A stretch of 64,000 nt of DNA, from contig JBHGNT010000040.1 in the NCBI GenBank assembly GCA_043228905.1, positions 196,061 to 260,060 on the forward strand, written 5' to 3'. How positions within the stretch are numbered: the stretch's first letter is position 1; every line of letters starts with the position of its first letter. The stretch is from Azolla caroliniana. Taxonomy: Eukaryota; Plantae; Polypodiophyta. This document shows, in pieces, positions 13,501-26,829 of this stretch. Position numbers and translations under genes: made by a program. The notes under the pieces were generated by a model. The model was not told the origin of the DNA. It did no database searches and saw only the letters and a list, made by a program, of their open reading frames with translations.

Positions 13501-16500
13501 CTAATTTCTTCATGTCTCTCGACCTGAGTTTCAAAATCTTGATTTTTTAATTCCATATCATAGCTAGTGTTATTAGCTGCGATTCGCATGATTTGAACAC
13601 TAAAATCCGATATCACACGAGCCAGTTATGAACATTTTAATTTACTCACGCGCTCTTCTCAACTCCCTCCTCAAATTTGGTAATTTCTTCATGTCTCTCG
13701 ACCTGAGTTTCAAAATCTTGATTTTCTATTTCCATATCATAGCTAGTGTTGTTAGCTTCGATTCGCATGTTTGAACACTAAAATCAGATATCACTCGAGC
13801 CAGGTATGACAATTTTAATTTACTCACGCGCTCTTCTCAACTCCCTCCTCTAATTTACTAATTTCTTCATGTCTCTCGACCTGAGTTTCAAAATCTTGAT
13901 TTTTTAATTCCATATCATAGCTAGTGTTATTAGCTGCGATTCGCATGATTTGAACACTAAAATCCGATATCACACGAGCCAGTTATGAACATTTTAATTT
14001 ACTCACGCGCTCTTCTCAACTCCCTCCTCAAATTTGGTAATTTCTTCATGTCTCTCGACCTGAGTTTCAAAATCTTGATTTTCTAATTCCATATCATAGC
14101 TAGTGTTGTTAGCTTCGATTCGCATGTTTGAACACAACAATCTCATATCACACGACCCAGGTATGAACATTTTAATTTACTCACGTGCTCTTCTCCACTC
14201 CCTCCTCAAATTTGGTAATTTCTTCATGTCTCTCGACCTGAGTTTCAAAATCTTGATTTTCTAATTCCAAATCATAGCTAGTGTTGTTAGCTTCGATTCG
14301 CATGTTTGAACACTAAATTCCGATATCACACAAGCTAGGTATGACAATTTTAATTTACTCACGCGCTCTTCTCAACTCCCTCCTCTAATTTACTAATTTC
14401 TTCATGTCTCTCGACCTGAGTTTCAAAATCTTGATTTTTTAATTCCATATCATAGCTAGTGTTATTAGCTTCGATTCGCATGATTTGAACACTAAAATCC
14501 GATATCACACGAGCCAGTTATGAACATTTTAATTTACTCACGCGCTATTCTCAACTCCCTCCTCAAATTTGGTAATTTCTTCATGTCTCTCGACCTGAGT
14601 TTCAAAATCTTGATTTTTTAATTCCATATCATAGCTAGTGTTATTAGCTTCGATTCGCATGTTTGAACACAAAAATCGGATATCACACGAGCCAGGTATG
14701 ACAATTTTAATTTACTCAGGCGATCTTCTCAACTCCCTCCTCGGATTTACTAATTTCATCATGTCTCTCGACCTGAGTTTCAAAATCTTGATTTTCTAAT
14801 TCCATATCATAGCTAGTGTTGTTAGCTTCGATTCGCATGTTTGAACACTAAAATCAGATATCACTCGAGCCAGGTATGACAATTTTAATTTACTCACGCG
14901 CTCTTCTCAACTCCCTCCTCTAATTTACTAATTTCTTCATGTCTCTCGACCTGAGTTTCAAAATCTTGATTTTTTAATTCCATATCATAGCTAGTGTTAT
15001 TAGCTGCGATTCGCATGATTTGAACACTAAAATCCGATATCACACGAGCCAGTTATGAACATTTTAATTTACTCACGCGCTCTTCTCAACTCCCTCCTCA
15101 AATTTGGTAATTTCTTCATGTCTCTCGACCTGAGTTTCAAAATCTTGATTTTCTAATTCCATATCATAGCTAGTGTTGTTAGCTTCGATTCGCATGTTTG
15201 AACACTAAAATCAGATATCACTCGAGCCAGGTATGACAATTTTAATTTACTCACGCGCTCTTCTCAACTCCCTCCTCTAATTTACTAATTTCTTCATGTC
15301 TCTCGACCTGATTTTCAAATTCTGGATTTTTTAATTCCATATCATAGCTAGTGTTATTAGCTGCGATTCGCATGATTTGAACACTAAAATCCGATACCAC
15401 ACGAGCCAGTTATGAACATTTTAATTTACTCACGCGCTATTCTCAACTCCCTCCTCAAATTTGGTAATTTCTTCATGTCTCTCGACCTGAGTTTCAAAAT
15501 CTTGATTTTCTAATTCCATATCATAGCTAGTGTTGTTAGCTTCGATTCGCATGTTTGAACACAACAATCTCATATCACACGACCCAGGTATGAACATTTT
15601 AATTTACTCACGTGCTCTTCTCAACTCCCTCCTCTAATTTGCTAATTTCTTCATGTCTCTCGACCTGAGTGTCAAAATCTTGAAATTTTAATTCCATATC
15701 ATAGCTAGTGTTTTTAGCTTCGATTCGCCAGTTTGAACACTAAAATCCGATATCACACGAGCCAGGTATGACAACTTTAATTTACTCACGCGCTCTTCTC
15801 AACTCCCTCCTCTAATTTACTAATTTCTTCATGTCTCTCGACCTGAGTTTCAAAATCTTGATTTTCTAATTCCATATCATAGCTAGTGTTGTTAGCTTCG
15901 ATTCGCATCTTTGAACACTAAAATCCGATATCACACGAGCCAGGTATGACAACTTTAATTTACTCACCTGCGCTTCTCAACTCCCTCCTCAAATTTGGTA
16001 ATTTCTTCATGTCTCTCGACCTGAGTTTCAAAATCTTGATTTTCTAATTTCATATCATAGCTAGTGTTTTTAGCTTCGATTCGCATGATGGAACCCTAAA
16101 ATCGGATATCACACGAGCCAGGTATGACAATTTTAATTTAGTCACGCTATCTTCTCAACTCCCTCGTCTGATTTACTAATTTCTTCATCTCTCTTGACCT
16201 GAGTTTCAAAATCTTGATTTTCTAATTCTATATTACAGCTAGTGTTGTTAGCTTTGATTCGCATGTTTGAACACAACCATCCGATATCACACGAGCCAGG
16301 TATGACAATTTTAATTTACTCACGCGCTCTTCTCAACTCCCTCGTCTAATTTGCAAATTTCTTCCTGTCTCTCGACCTAAGATTCAAAATCTTGATTTTT
16401 TAATTCCATATCATAGCTAGTGTTGTTAGCATCGATTCGCATTATGGAACACTAAAATCGGATATCACACAAGCCAGGTATGACAATTTTAATTTACTCA

Positions 16501-16976
16501 CGCGCTCTTCTCAACTCCCTCCTCTAATTTACTAATTTGTTCATGTCTCTGGACCTGAGTATCAAAATCATGATTTTCTAATTCGATATCATAGCTAGTG
16601 TTGTTAGCTTCGATTCGCATCTTTGAACACTAAAATCCGATATCACACGAGCCAGGTATGACAACTTTAATTTACTCACGCGCTCTTCTCAACTCCCTCC
16701 TCAAATTTGGTAATTTCTTCATGTCTCTCGACCTGAGTTTCAAAATCTTGATTTTCTAATTTCATATCATACCTAGTGTTGTTAGCTTCGATTCGCATGA
16801 TGGAACACTATAATCGGATATCACACGAGCCAGTTATGAACATTTTAATTTACTCACGCGCTCTTCTCAACTCCCTCCTCTAATTTACTAATTTCTTCAT
16901 GTCTCTCGACCTGAGTTTCAAAATCTTGATTTTCTCAATCCATATAATAGCTAGTGTTGCTAGCTTCGATTCGCAT
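10505..16976 (+). repeat. Near-identical block duplication of 1-6472 (>=36 monomers, offset 10,504 bp)
   Basis: Rare variants recur at a constant offset of 10,504: acaatttcaa 451/10955, ttctaattac 901/11405, gacctgattttcaaattctg 4801/15305, ctgagtgtcaaaatcttgaa 5161/15665, cttgattttctcaatcc 6421/16925. The match ends near 6472/16976. Confidence 0.92.
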
Positions 16977-17309
16977 CTTTGAACACTAAAATCCGATATC
17001 ACACGAGCCAGGTACGAACATTTTAATTTACTCACGCGCTCTTCTCAACTCCCTCCACTAATTTGCTAATTTTTCATGTCTCTCGACCTGAGTGTCAAAA
17101 TCTTGATATTTTAATTCCATATCATAGCTAGTGTTGTTAGCTTCGATTCGCATGTTTGAACACTAAAATCCGATATCACACGAGCAAGGTATGACAACTT
17201 TAATTTACTCACGCGCTCTTCTCAACTTCCTCCTCTAATTTACTAATTTCTTCATGTCTCTCGACCTGAGTTTCAAAATCTTGATTTTTTAATTCCATAT
17301 CATAGCTAG

Positions 17310-17351
17310 TGTTGTTAGCTTCGATTCGCATGTTGTTAGCTTCGATTCGCA
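17310..17351 (+). repeat. Second copy of the 21-bp intra-monomer duplication
   Basis: Same duplicated 21-mer, followed by the same rare variants (cacccgagccagtaatg, gtctcgtgacc) as at 7341. Confidence 0.93.
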
Positions 17352-19489
17352 TGTTTGAACACTAAAATCGGATATCACCCGAGCCAGTAATGAACATTTT
17401 AATTTACTCACGCGCTCTTCTCAACTCCCTCCTCTAATTTACTAATTTATTCATGTCTCGTGACCTGAGTTTCAAAATCTTGATTTTCTAATTCTATATT
17501 ACAGCTAGTGTTGTTAGCTTTGATTCGCATGTTTGAACACAACCATCCGATATCACACGAGCCAGGTATGACAATTTTAATTTACTCACGCGCTCTTCTC
17601 AACTCCCTCGTCTAATTTGCAAATTTCTTCCTGTCTCTCGACCTAAGTTTCAAAATCTTGATTTTTTAATTCCATATCATAGCTAGTGTTGTTAGCATCG
17701 ATTCGCATTATGGAACACTAAAATCGGATATCACACGAGCCGGGTATGACAATTTTAATTTACTCACACGCTCTTCTCAACTCCCTCCTCAAATTTACTA
17801 ATTTCTTCATGTCTCTCGACCTGAGTTTCAAAATCTTGATTTTCTAATTCCATATTATAGCTAGTGTTGTTAGCTTCGATTTGCATCTTTGAACACAACA
17901 ATCCTATATCACACGAGCCAGGTACGAACATTTTAATTTACTCACGCGCTCTTCTCAACTCCCTCCTCTAATTTTCTAATTTCTTCCTGTCTCTCGACCT
18001 GAGTTTCAAAATCTTGACTTTTTAATTCCATATCATAGCTAGTGTTGTTAGCTTCGATTCGCATCTTTGAACACTAAAATCCGATATCACACGAGCCAGG
18101 TATGACAATTTTAATTTACTCACGCGCTCTTCTCAACTCCCTCCTCTAATTTGCTAATTTCTTCATGTCTCTCGACCTGAGTTTCAAAAACTTGATTTTT
18201 TAATTCCATATCATAGCTAGTGTTGTTAGCTTTGACTCGCATGTTTGAACACAAAAATGGGATATCACACGAGCCAGGTATGACAATTTTAATTTACTCA
18301 CGCGCTCTTCTCAACTCCCTCCTCTGATTTACTAATTTCCTCATGTCTCTCGACCTGAGTTTCAAAATCTTGATTTTCTAATTCCATATCATAGCTACTG
18401 TTGTTAGCTTCGATTCGCAGGTTTGAACACAACAATCCGATATCACACGAGGCAGTTATGAACATTTTAATTTACTCACTTGCTCTTCTCAACTCCATCC
18501 TCTAATTTACTAATTTCTTCATGTCTCTTGACCTGAGTTTCAAAATCTTGATTTTTTAATTCCATATAATAGCTAGTGTTATTAGCTGCGATTCGCATGA
18601 TTGGAACCCTAAAATCGGATATCACACAAGCCAGGTATGACAATTTTAATTTACTCACGCGCTCTTCTCAACTCCCTCCTCTAATTTACTAATTTGTTCA
18701 TGTCTCTGGACCTGAGTTTCAAAATCTTGATTTTTTAATTCCATATCATAGCTAGTGTTGTTAGCTTCGATTCGCATGTTTGAACACAAAAATCGGATAT
18801 CACACGAGCCAGTTATGAACATTTTAATTTACTCACGCGATCTTCTCAACTCCCTCCTCTGATTTACTAATTTCCTCATGTCTCTCGACCTGAGTTTCAA
18901 AATCTTGATTTTTTAATTCCATATCATAGCTAGTGTTGTTAGCTTCGATTCGCATGTTTGAAAACAAAAATCGGATATCACACGAGCCAGGTATGACAAT
19001 TTTAATTTACTCACGCGCTCTTCTCAACTCCCTCCTCTGATTTGCTAATGTCCTCATGTCTCTCGACCTGAGTTTCAAAATCTTGATTTTCTAATTCCAT
19101 ATCATAGCTAGTGTTGTTAGCTTCGATTCGCAGGTTTGAACACAAAAATCGGATATCACACGAGCCAGTTATGAACATTTTAATTTACTCACGCGCTCTT
19201 CTCAACTCCCTCCTCTAATTTACTAATTTCTTCATGTCTCTCGACCTCAGTTTCAAAATCTTGATTTTTTAATTCCATATCATAGCTAGTGTTATTAGCT
19301 GCGATTCGCATGATTGGAACACTAAAATCGGATATCACACGAGCCAGTTATGAACATTTTAATTTACTCACAAGCTCTTCTCAACTCCCTCCTCTAATTT
19401 GGTAATTTCTTCATGTCTCTCGACCTGAGTTTCAAAATCTTGATTTTTTAATTCCATATCATAGCTAGTGTTGTTAGCTTCGATTCGCA

Positions 19490-22400
19490 TGTTTGAACAC
19501 AAAAATCGGATATCACACGAGCCAGGTATGACAATTTTAATTTACTCACGCGATCTTCTCAACTCCCTCCTCTGATTTGCTAATTTCCTCATGTCTCTCG
19601 ACCTGAGTTTCAAAATCTTGATTTTCTAATTCGATATCATAGCTAGTGTTGTTAGCTTCGATTCGCAGGTTTGAACACAACAATCCGATATCACACGAGC
19701 CAGGTACGAACATTTTAATTTACTCACGCGCTCTTCTCAACTCCCTCCTCTGATTTACTAATTTCATCATGTCTCTCGACCTGAGTTTTAAAATCATGAT
19801 TTTGTAATTCCATATCATAGCTAGTGTTGTTAGCTTCGATTCGCATGTTTGAACACTAAAATCCGATATTACACAAGCCAGGTATGACAATTTTAATTTA
19901 CTCACTTGCTCTTCTCAACTCCCTCCTCAACTTTACTAATTTCTTCATGTCTCTCGACCTAAGTTTCAAAATCTTGATTTTTTAATTCCATATCATAGCT
20001 AGTGTTATTAGCTGCGATTCGCATGATTGGAACACTAAAATCGGATACCCACGAGCCAGTTATGAACATTTTAATTTAGTCACGCGCTCTTCTCAACTCC
20101 CTCCTCTGATTTACTAATTTCCTCATGTCTATCGACCTGAGTTTCAAAATCTTGATTTTCTAATTCCATATCATAGCTAGTGTTGTTAGCTTCGATTCGC
20201 AGGTTTGAACACAAAAATCGGATATCACACGAGCCAGGTATGACAATTTTAATTAACTCACTTGCTCTACTCAACTCCCTCGTCTGATTTGCTAATGTCC
20301 TCATGTCTCTCGACCTGAGTTTCAAAATCTTGATTTTCTAATTCCATATGATAGCTAGTGTTGTTAGCTTCGATTCGCATGTTTGAACACAACAATCCCA
20401 TATCACACGAGCCAGGTACGAACATTTTAATTTACTCACGCGCTCTTCTCAACTCCCTCCTCTAATTTGCTAATTTCTTCATGTCTCTCGACCTGAGTTT
20501 CAAAATCTTGATTTTTTAATTCCATATCATAGCTAGTGTTGTTAGCTTTGATTCGCATGTTTGAACACTAAAATCCGATATCACACGAGCCAGTTATGAA
20601 CATTTTAATTTACTCACTTGCTCTTCTCCACTCCCTCCTCTAATTTGCTAATTTCTTCATGTCTTTCGACCTGAGTTTCAAAATCTTGATTTTTTAATTC
20701 CATTTTATAGCTAGTGTTATTAGCTTCCATTCGCATGATTGGAACACTAAAATCGGATATCACACGAGCCAGTTATGAACATTTTAATTTACTCACGCGC
20801 TCTTCTCAACTCCCTCCTCTAATTTACTAATTTCTTCATGTCTCTCGACCTCAGTTTCAAAATCTTGATTTTTTAATTCCATATCATAGCTAGTGTTATT
20901 AGCTGCGATTCGCATGATTGGAACACTAAAATCGGATATCACACGAGCCAGTTATGAACATTTTAATTTACTCACAAGCTCTTCTCAACTCCCTCCTCTA
21001 ATTTGGTAATTTCTTCATGTCTCTCGACCTGAGTTTCAAAATCTTGATTTTTTAATTCCATATCATAGCTAGTGTTGTTAGCTTCGATTCGCATGTTTGA
21101 ACACAAAAATCGGATATCACACAAGCCAGGTATGACAATTTTAATTTACTCAGGCGATCTTCTCAACTCCCTCCTCTGATTTGCTAATTTCCTCATGTCT
21201 CTCGACCTGAGTTTCAAAATCTTGATTTTCTAATTCCATATCATAGCTAGTGTTGTTAGCTTCGATTCGCAGGTTTGAACACAACAATCCGATATCACAC
21301 AAGCCAGGTACGAACATTTTAATTTACTCACGCGCTCTTCTCAACTCCCTCCTCTGATTTACTAATTTCTTCATGTCTCTCGACCTGAGTTTCAAAATCA
21401 TGATTTTTTAATTCCATATCATAGCTAGTGTTGTTAGCTTTGACTCGCATGTTTGAACACAAAAATCGGATATCACACGAGCCAGGTATGACAATTTTAA
21501 TTTACTCACGCGATCTTCTCAACTCCCTCCTCTGATTTGCTAATTTCCTCATGTCTCTCGACGTGAGTTTCAAAATCTTGATTTTCTAATTCGATATCAT
21601 AGCTAGTGTTGTTAGCTTCGATTCGCAGGTTTGAACACAACAATCCGATATCACACGAGCCAGGTACGAACATTTTAATTTACTCACGCGCTCTTCTCAA
21701 CTCCCTCCTCTGATTTACTAATTTCATCATGTCTCTCGACCTGAGTTTTAAAATCATGATTTTGTAATTCCATATCATAGCTAGTGTTGTTAGCTTCGAT
21801 TCGCATGTTTGAACACTAAAATCCGATATTACACAAGCCAGGTATGACAATTTTAATTTACTCACTTGCTCTTCTCAACTCCCTCCTCAACTTTACTAAT
21901 TTCTTCATGTCTCTCGACCTAAGTTTCAAAATCTTGATTTTTTAATTCCATTTTATAGCTAGTGTTATTAGCTGCGATTCGCATGATTGGAACACTAAAA
22001 TCGGATACCCACGAGCCAGTTATGAACATTTTAATTTAGTCACGCGCTCTTCTCAACTCCCTCCTCTGATTTACTAATTTCCTCATGTCTATCGACCTGA
22101 GTTTCAAAATCTTGATTTTCTAATTCCATATCATAGCTAGTGTTGTTAGCTTCGATTCGCAGGTTTGAACACAAAAATCGGATATCACACGAGCCAGGTA
22201 TGACAATTTTAATTAACTCACTTGCTCTACTCAACTCCCTCGTCTGATTTGCTAATGTCCTCATGTCTCTCGACCTGAGTTTCAAAATCTTGATTTTCTA
22301 ATTCCATATGATAGCTAGTGTTGTTAGCTTCGATTCGCATGTTTGAACACAACAATCCCATATCACACGAGCCAGGTACGAACATTTTAATTTACTCACG

Positions 22401-23470
22401 CGCTCTTCTCAACTCCCTCCTCTAATTTGCTAATTTCTTCATGTCTCTCGACCTGAGTTTCAAAATCTTGATTTTTTAATTCCATATCATAGCTAGTGTT
22501 GTTAGCTTTGATTCGCATGTTTGAACACTAAAATCCGATATCACACGAGCCAGTTATGAACATTTTAATTTACTCACTTGCTCTTCTCCACTCCCTCCTC
22601 TAATTTGCTAATTTCTTCATGTCTTTCGACCTGAGTTTCAAAATCTTGATTTTTTAATTCCATTTTATAGCTAGTGTTATTAGCTTCGATTCGCATGATT
22701 GGAACACTAAAATCGGATATCACACGAGCCAGTTATGAACATTTTAATTTACTCACGCGCTCTTCTCAACTCCCTCCTCTAATTTACTAATTTCTTCATG
22801 TCTCTCGACCTCAGTTTCAAAATCTTGATTTTTTAATTCCATATCATAGCTAGTGTTATTAGCTGCGATTCGCATGATTGGAACACTAAAATCGGATATC
22901 ACACGAGGCAGTTATGAACATTTTAATTTACTCACAAGCTCTTCTCAACTCCCTCCTCTAATTTGGTAATTTCTTCATGTCTCTCGACCTGAGTTTCAAA
23001 ATCTTGATTTTTTAATTCCATACCATAGCTAGTGTTGTTAGCTTCGATTCGCATGTTTGAACACAAAAATCGGATATCACACAAGCCAGGTATGACAATT
23101 TTAATTTACTCACGCGATCTTCTCAACTCCCTCCTCTGATTTGCTAATTTCCTCATGTCTCTCGACCTGAGTTTCAAAATCTTGATTTTCTAATTCCATA
23201 TCGTAGCTAGTGTTGTTAGCTTCGATTCGCAGGTTTGAACACAACAATCCGATATCACACGAGCCAGGTACGAACATTTTAATTTACTCACGCGCTCTTC
23301 TCAACTCCCTCCTCTGATTTACTAATTTCTTCAGGTCTCTCGACCTGAGTTTCAAAATCATGATTTTTTAATTCCATATGATAGCTAGTGTTGTTAGCTT
23401 TGACTCGCATGTTTGAACACAAAAATCGGATATCACACGAGCCAGGTATGACAATTTTAATTTACTCACG
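19490..23470 (+). repeat. 11-monomer higher-order repeat, 1,960-bp period, two tandem copies, with a partial third copy at about 25.2-26.3 kb
   Basis: ggatacccacg, aattaactcacttgctctac, gtctatcgac and gtctttcgac recur at +1960. Identical ORF-track peptides at 19720/21680/25602, and near-identical ones at 20080/22040/25962, give offsets 1960 and 3922. Confidence 0.88.
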
Positions 23471-26400
23471 CAATCTTCTCAACTCCCTCCTCTGATTTAC
23501 TAATTTCCTCATGTCTCTCGACCTGAGTTTCAAAATCTTGATTTTCTAATTCCATATCATAGCTAGTGTTGTTAGCTTCGATTCGCACGTTTGAACACAA
23601 CAATCCGATATCACACGAGGCAGTTATGAACATTTTAATTTACTCACTTGCTCTTCTCAACTCCCTCCTCTAATTTACTAATTTCTTCATGTCTCTCGAC
23701 CTGAGTTTCGAAATCTTGATTTTTTAATTCCATATCATAGCTAGTGTTATTAGCTGCGATTCGCATGATTGGAACCCTAAAATCGGATATCACACAAGCC
23801 AGGTATGACAATTTTAATTTACTCACACGCTCTTCTCAACTCCCTCCTCTAATTTACTAATTTCTTCATGTCTCTCGACCTGAGTTTCGAAATCTTGATT
23901 TTTTAATTCCATATCATAGCTAGTGTTATTAGCTGCGATTCGCATGATTGGAACACAAAAATCGGATATCACACGAGCCAGGTATGACAATTTTAATTTA
24001 CTCACGCGATCTTCTCAACTCCGTCCTCTGATTTACTAATTTCCTCATGTCTCTCGACCTGAGTTTCAAAATCTTGATTTTTTAATTCCATATCATAGCT
24101 AGTGTTGTTAGCTTCGATTCGCATGTTTGAACACAAAAATCGGATATCACACGAGCCAGTTATGAACATTTTAATTTACTCACGCGCTCTTCTCAACTCC
24201 CTCCTCTAATTTACTAATTTCTTCATGTCTCTCGACCTCAGTTTCAAAATCTTGATTTTTTAATTCCATATCATAGCTAGTGTTATTAGCTGCGATTCGC
24301 ATGATTGGAACACTAAAATCGGATATCACACGAGCCAGTTATGAACATTTTAATTTACTCACAAGCTCTTCTCAACTCCCTCCTCTAATTTGGTAATTTC
24401 TTCATGTCTCTCGACCTGAGTTTCAAAATCTTGATTTTTTAATTCCATATCATAGCTAGTGTTGTTAGCTTCGATTGGCATGTTTGAACACAAAAATCGG
24501 ATATCAGACAAGCCAGGTATGACAATTTTAATTTACTCACGCGATCTTCTCAACTCCCTCCTCTGATTTGCTAATTTCCTCATGTCTCTCGACCTGAGTT
24601 TCAAAATCTTGATTTTCTAATTCCATATCATAGCTAGTGTTGTTAGCTTCGATTCGCAGGTTTGAACACAACAATCCGATATCACACGAGCCAGGTACGA
24701 ACATTTTAATTTACTCACGCGCTCTTCTCAACTCCCTCCTCTGATTTACTAATTTCTTCATGTCTCTCGACCTGAGTTTCAAAATCATGATTTTTTAATT
24801 CCATATCATAGCTAGTGTTGTTAGCTTTGACTCGCATGTTTGAACACAAAAATCGGATATCACACGAGCCAGGTATGACAATTTTAATTTACTCACGCAA
24901 TCTTCTCAACTCCCTCCTCTGATTTACTAATTTCCTCATGTCTCTCGACCTGAGTTTCAAAATCTTGATTTTCTAATTCCATATCATAGCTAGTGTTGTT
25001 AGCTTCGATTCGCATGTTTGAACACAAAAATCGGATATCACACGAGCCAGTTATGAACATTTAAATTTACTCACGCGCTCTTCTCAACTCCCTCCTCTAA
25101 TTTACTAATTTCTTCATGTCTCTCGACCTGAGTTTCAAAATCTTGATTTTTTAATTCCATATCATAGCTAGTGTTATTAGCTGCGATTCGCATGATTGGA
25201 ACACTAAAATCGGATATCACACGAGCCAGTTATGAACATTTTAATTTACTCACAAGCTCTTCTCAACTCCCTCCTCTAATTTGGTAATTTCTTCATGTCT
25301 CTCGACCTGAGTTTCAAAATCTTGATTTTTTAATTCCATATCATAGCTAGTGTTGTTAGCTTCGATTCGCATGTTTGAACACAAAAATCGGATATCACAC
25401 GAGCCAGGTATGACAATTTTAATTTACTCACGCGATCTTCTCAACTCCCTCCTCTGATTTGCTAATTTCCTCATGTCTCTCGACCTGAGTTTCAAAATCT
25501 TGATTTTCTAATTCCATATCATAGCTAGTGTAGTTAGCTTCGATTCGCAGGTTTGAACACAACAATCCGATATCACACGAGCCAAGTACGAACATTTTAA
25601 TTTACTCACGCGCTCTTCTCAACTCCCTCCTCTGATTTACTAATTTCATCATGTCTCTCGACCTGAGTTTTAAAATCATGATTTTGTAATTCCATATCAT
25701 AGCTAGTGTTGTTAGCTTCGATTCGCATGTTTGAACACTAAAATCCGATATTACACAAGCCAGGTATGACAATTTTAATTTACTCACTTGCTCTTCTCAA
25801 CTCCCTCCTCAACTTTACTAATTTCTTCATGTCTCTCGACCTAAGTTTCAAAATCTTGATTTTTTAATTCCATTTTATAGCTAGTGTTATTAGCTGCGAT
25901 TCGCATGATTGGAACACTAAAATCGGATACCCACGAGCCAGTTATGAACATTTTAATTTAGTCACGCGCTCTTCTCAACTCCCTCCTCTGATTTACTAAT
26001 TTCTTCATGTCTCTCGACCTGAGTTTCAAAATCTTGATTTTCTAATTCCATATCATAGCTAGTGTTGTTAGCTTCGATTCGCAGGTTTGAACACAAAAAT
26101 CGGATATCACACGAGCCAGGTATGACAATTTTAATTAACTCACTTGCTCTACTCAACTCCCTCGTCTGATTTGCTAATGTCCTCATGTCTCTCGACCTGA
26201 GTTTCAAAATCTTGATTTTCTAATTCCATATGATAGCTAGTGTTGTTAGCTTCGATTCGCATGTTTGAACACAAAAATCGGATATCACACGAGCCAGTTA
26301 TGAACATTTTAATTTACTCACGCGCTCTTCTCAACTCCCTCCTCTAATTTGCTAATTTCTTCATGTCTCTCGACCTGAGTTTTAAAATCTTGATTTTTTA

Positions 26401-26829
26401 ATTCCATATCATAGCTAGTGTTGTTAGCTTCGATTCGCATGTTTGAACACAAAAATCGGATATCACAAGAGCCAGGTATGACAATTTTAATTTACTCACG
26501 CGATCTTCTCAACTCCCTCCTCTGATTTACTAATTTCCTCATGTCTCTCGACCTGAGTTTCAAAATCTTGATTTTCTAATTCCATATCATAGCTAGTGTT
26601 GTTAGCTTCGATTCGCAGGTTTGAACACAACAATCCGATATCACACGAGCCAGGTACGAACATTTTAATTTACTCACGCGCTCTTCTCAACTCCGTCCTC
26701 TGATTTACTAATTTCATCATGTCTCTCGAGTTGAGTTTTAAAATCATGATTTTCTAATTCCATATCATAGCTAGTGTTGTTAGCTTCGATTCGCATGTTT
26801 GAACACAAAAATCGGATATCACACGAGCC

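Larger units (their letters stand above)
1..18230. repeat. Satellite variant domain L (left subfamily)
   Basis: Diagnostic variants catgatttgaac, ctcaaatttggta, cagatatcactcgag, aattccaaatc and caatctcatatc are common here; I did not see them after about 16.7 kb. More divergent monomers lie at about 5160-7750 and 15660-18230. Confidence 0.8.

Noticed and set aside
18592-18608. Possible CENP-B box (ttcgcatgattggaa)
   Set aside because: It matches TTCG-N4-A but not the required CGGG of the TTCGNNNNANNCGGG core.
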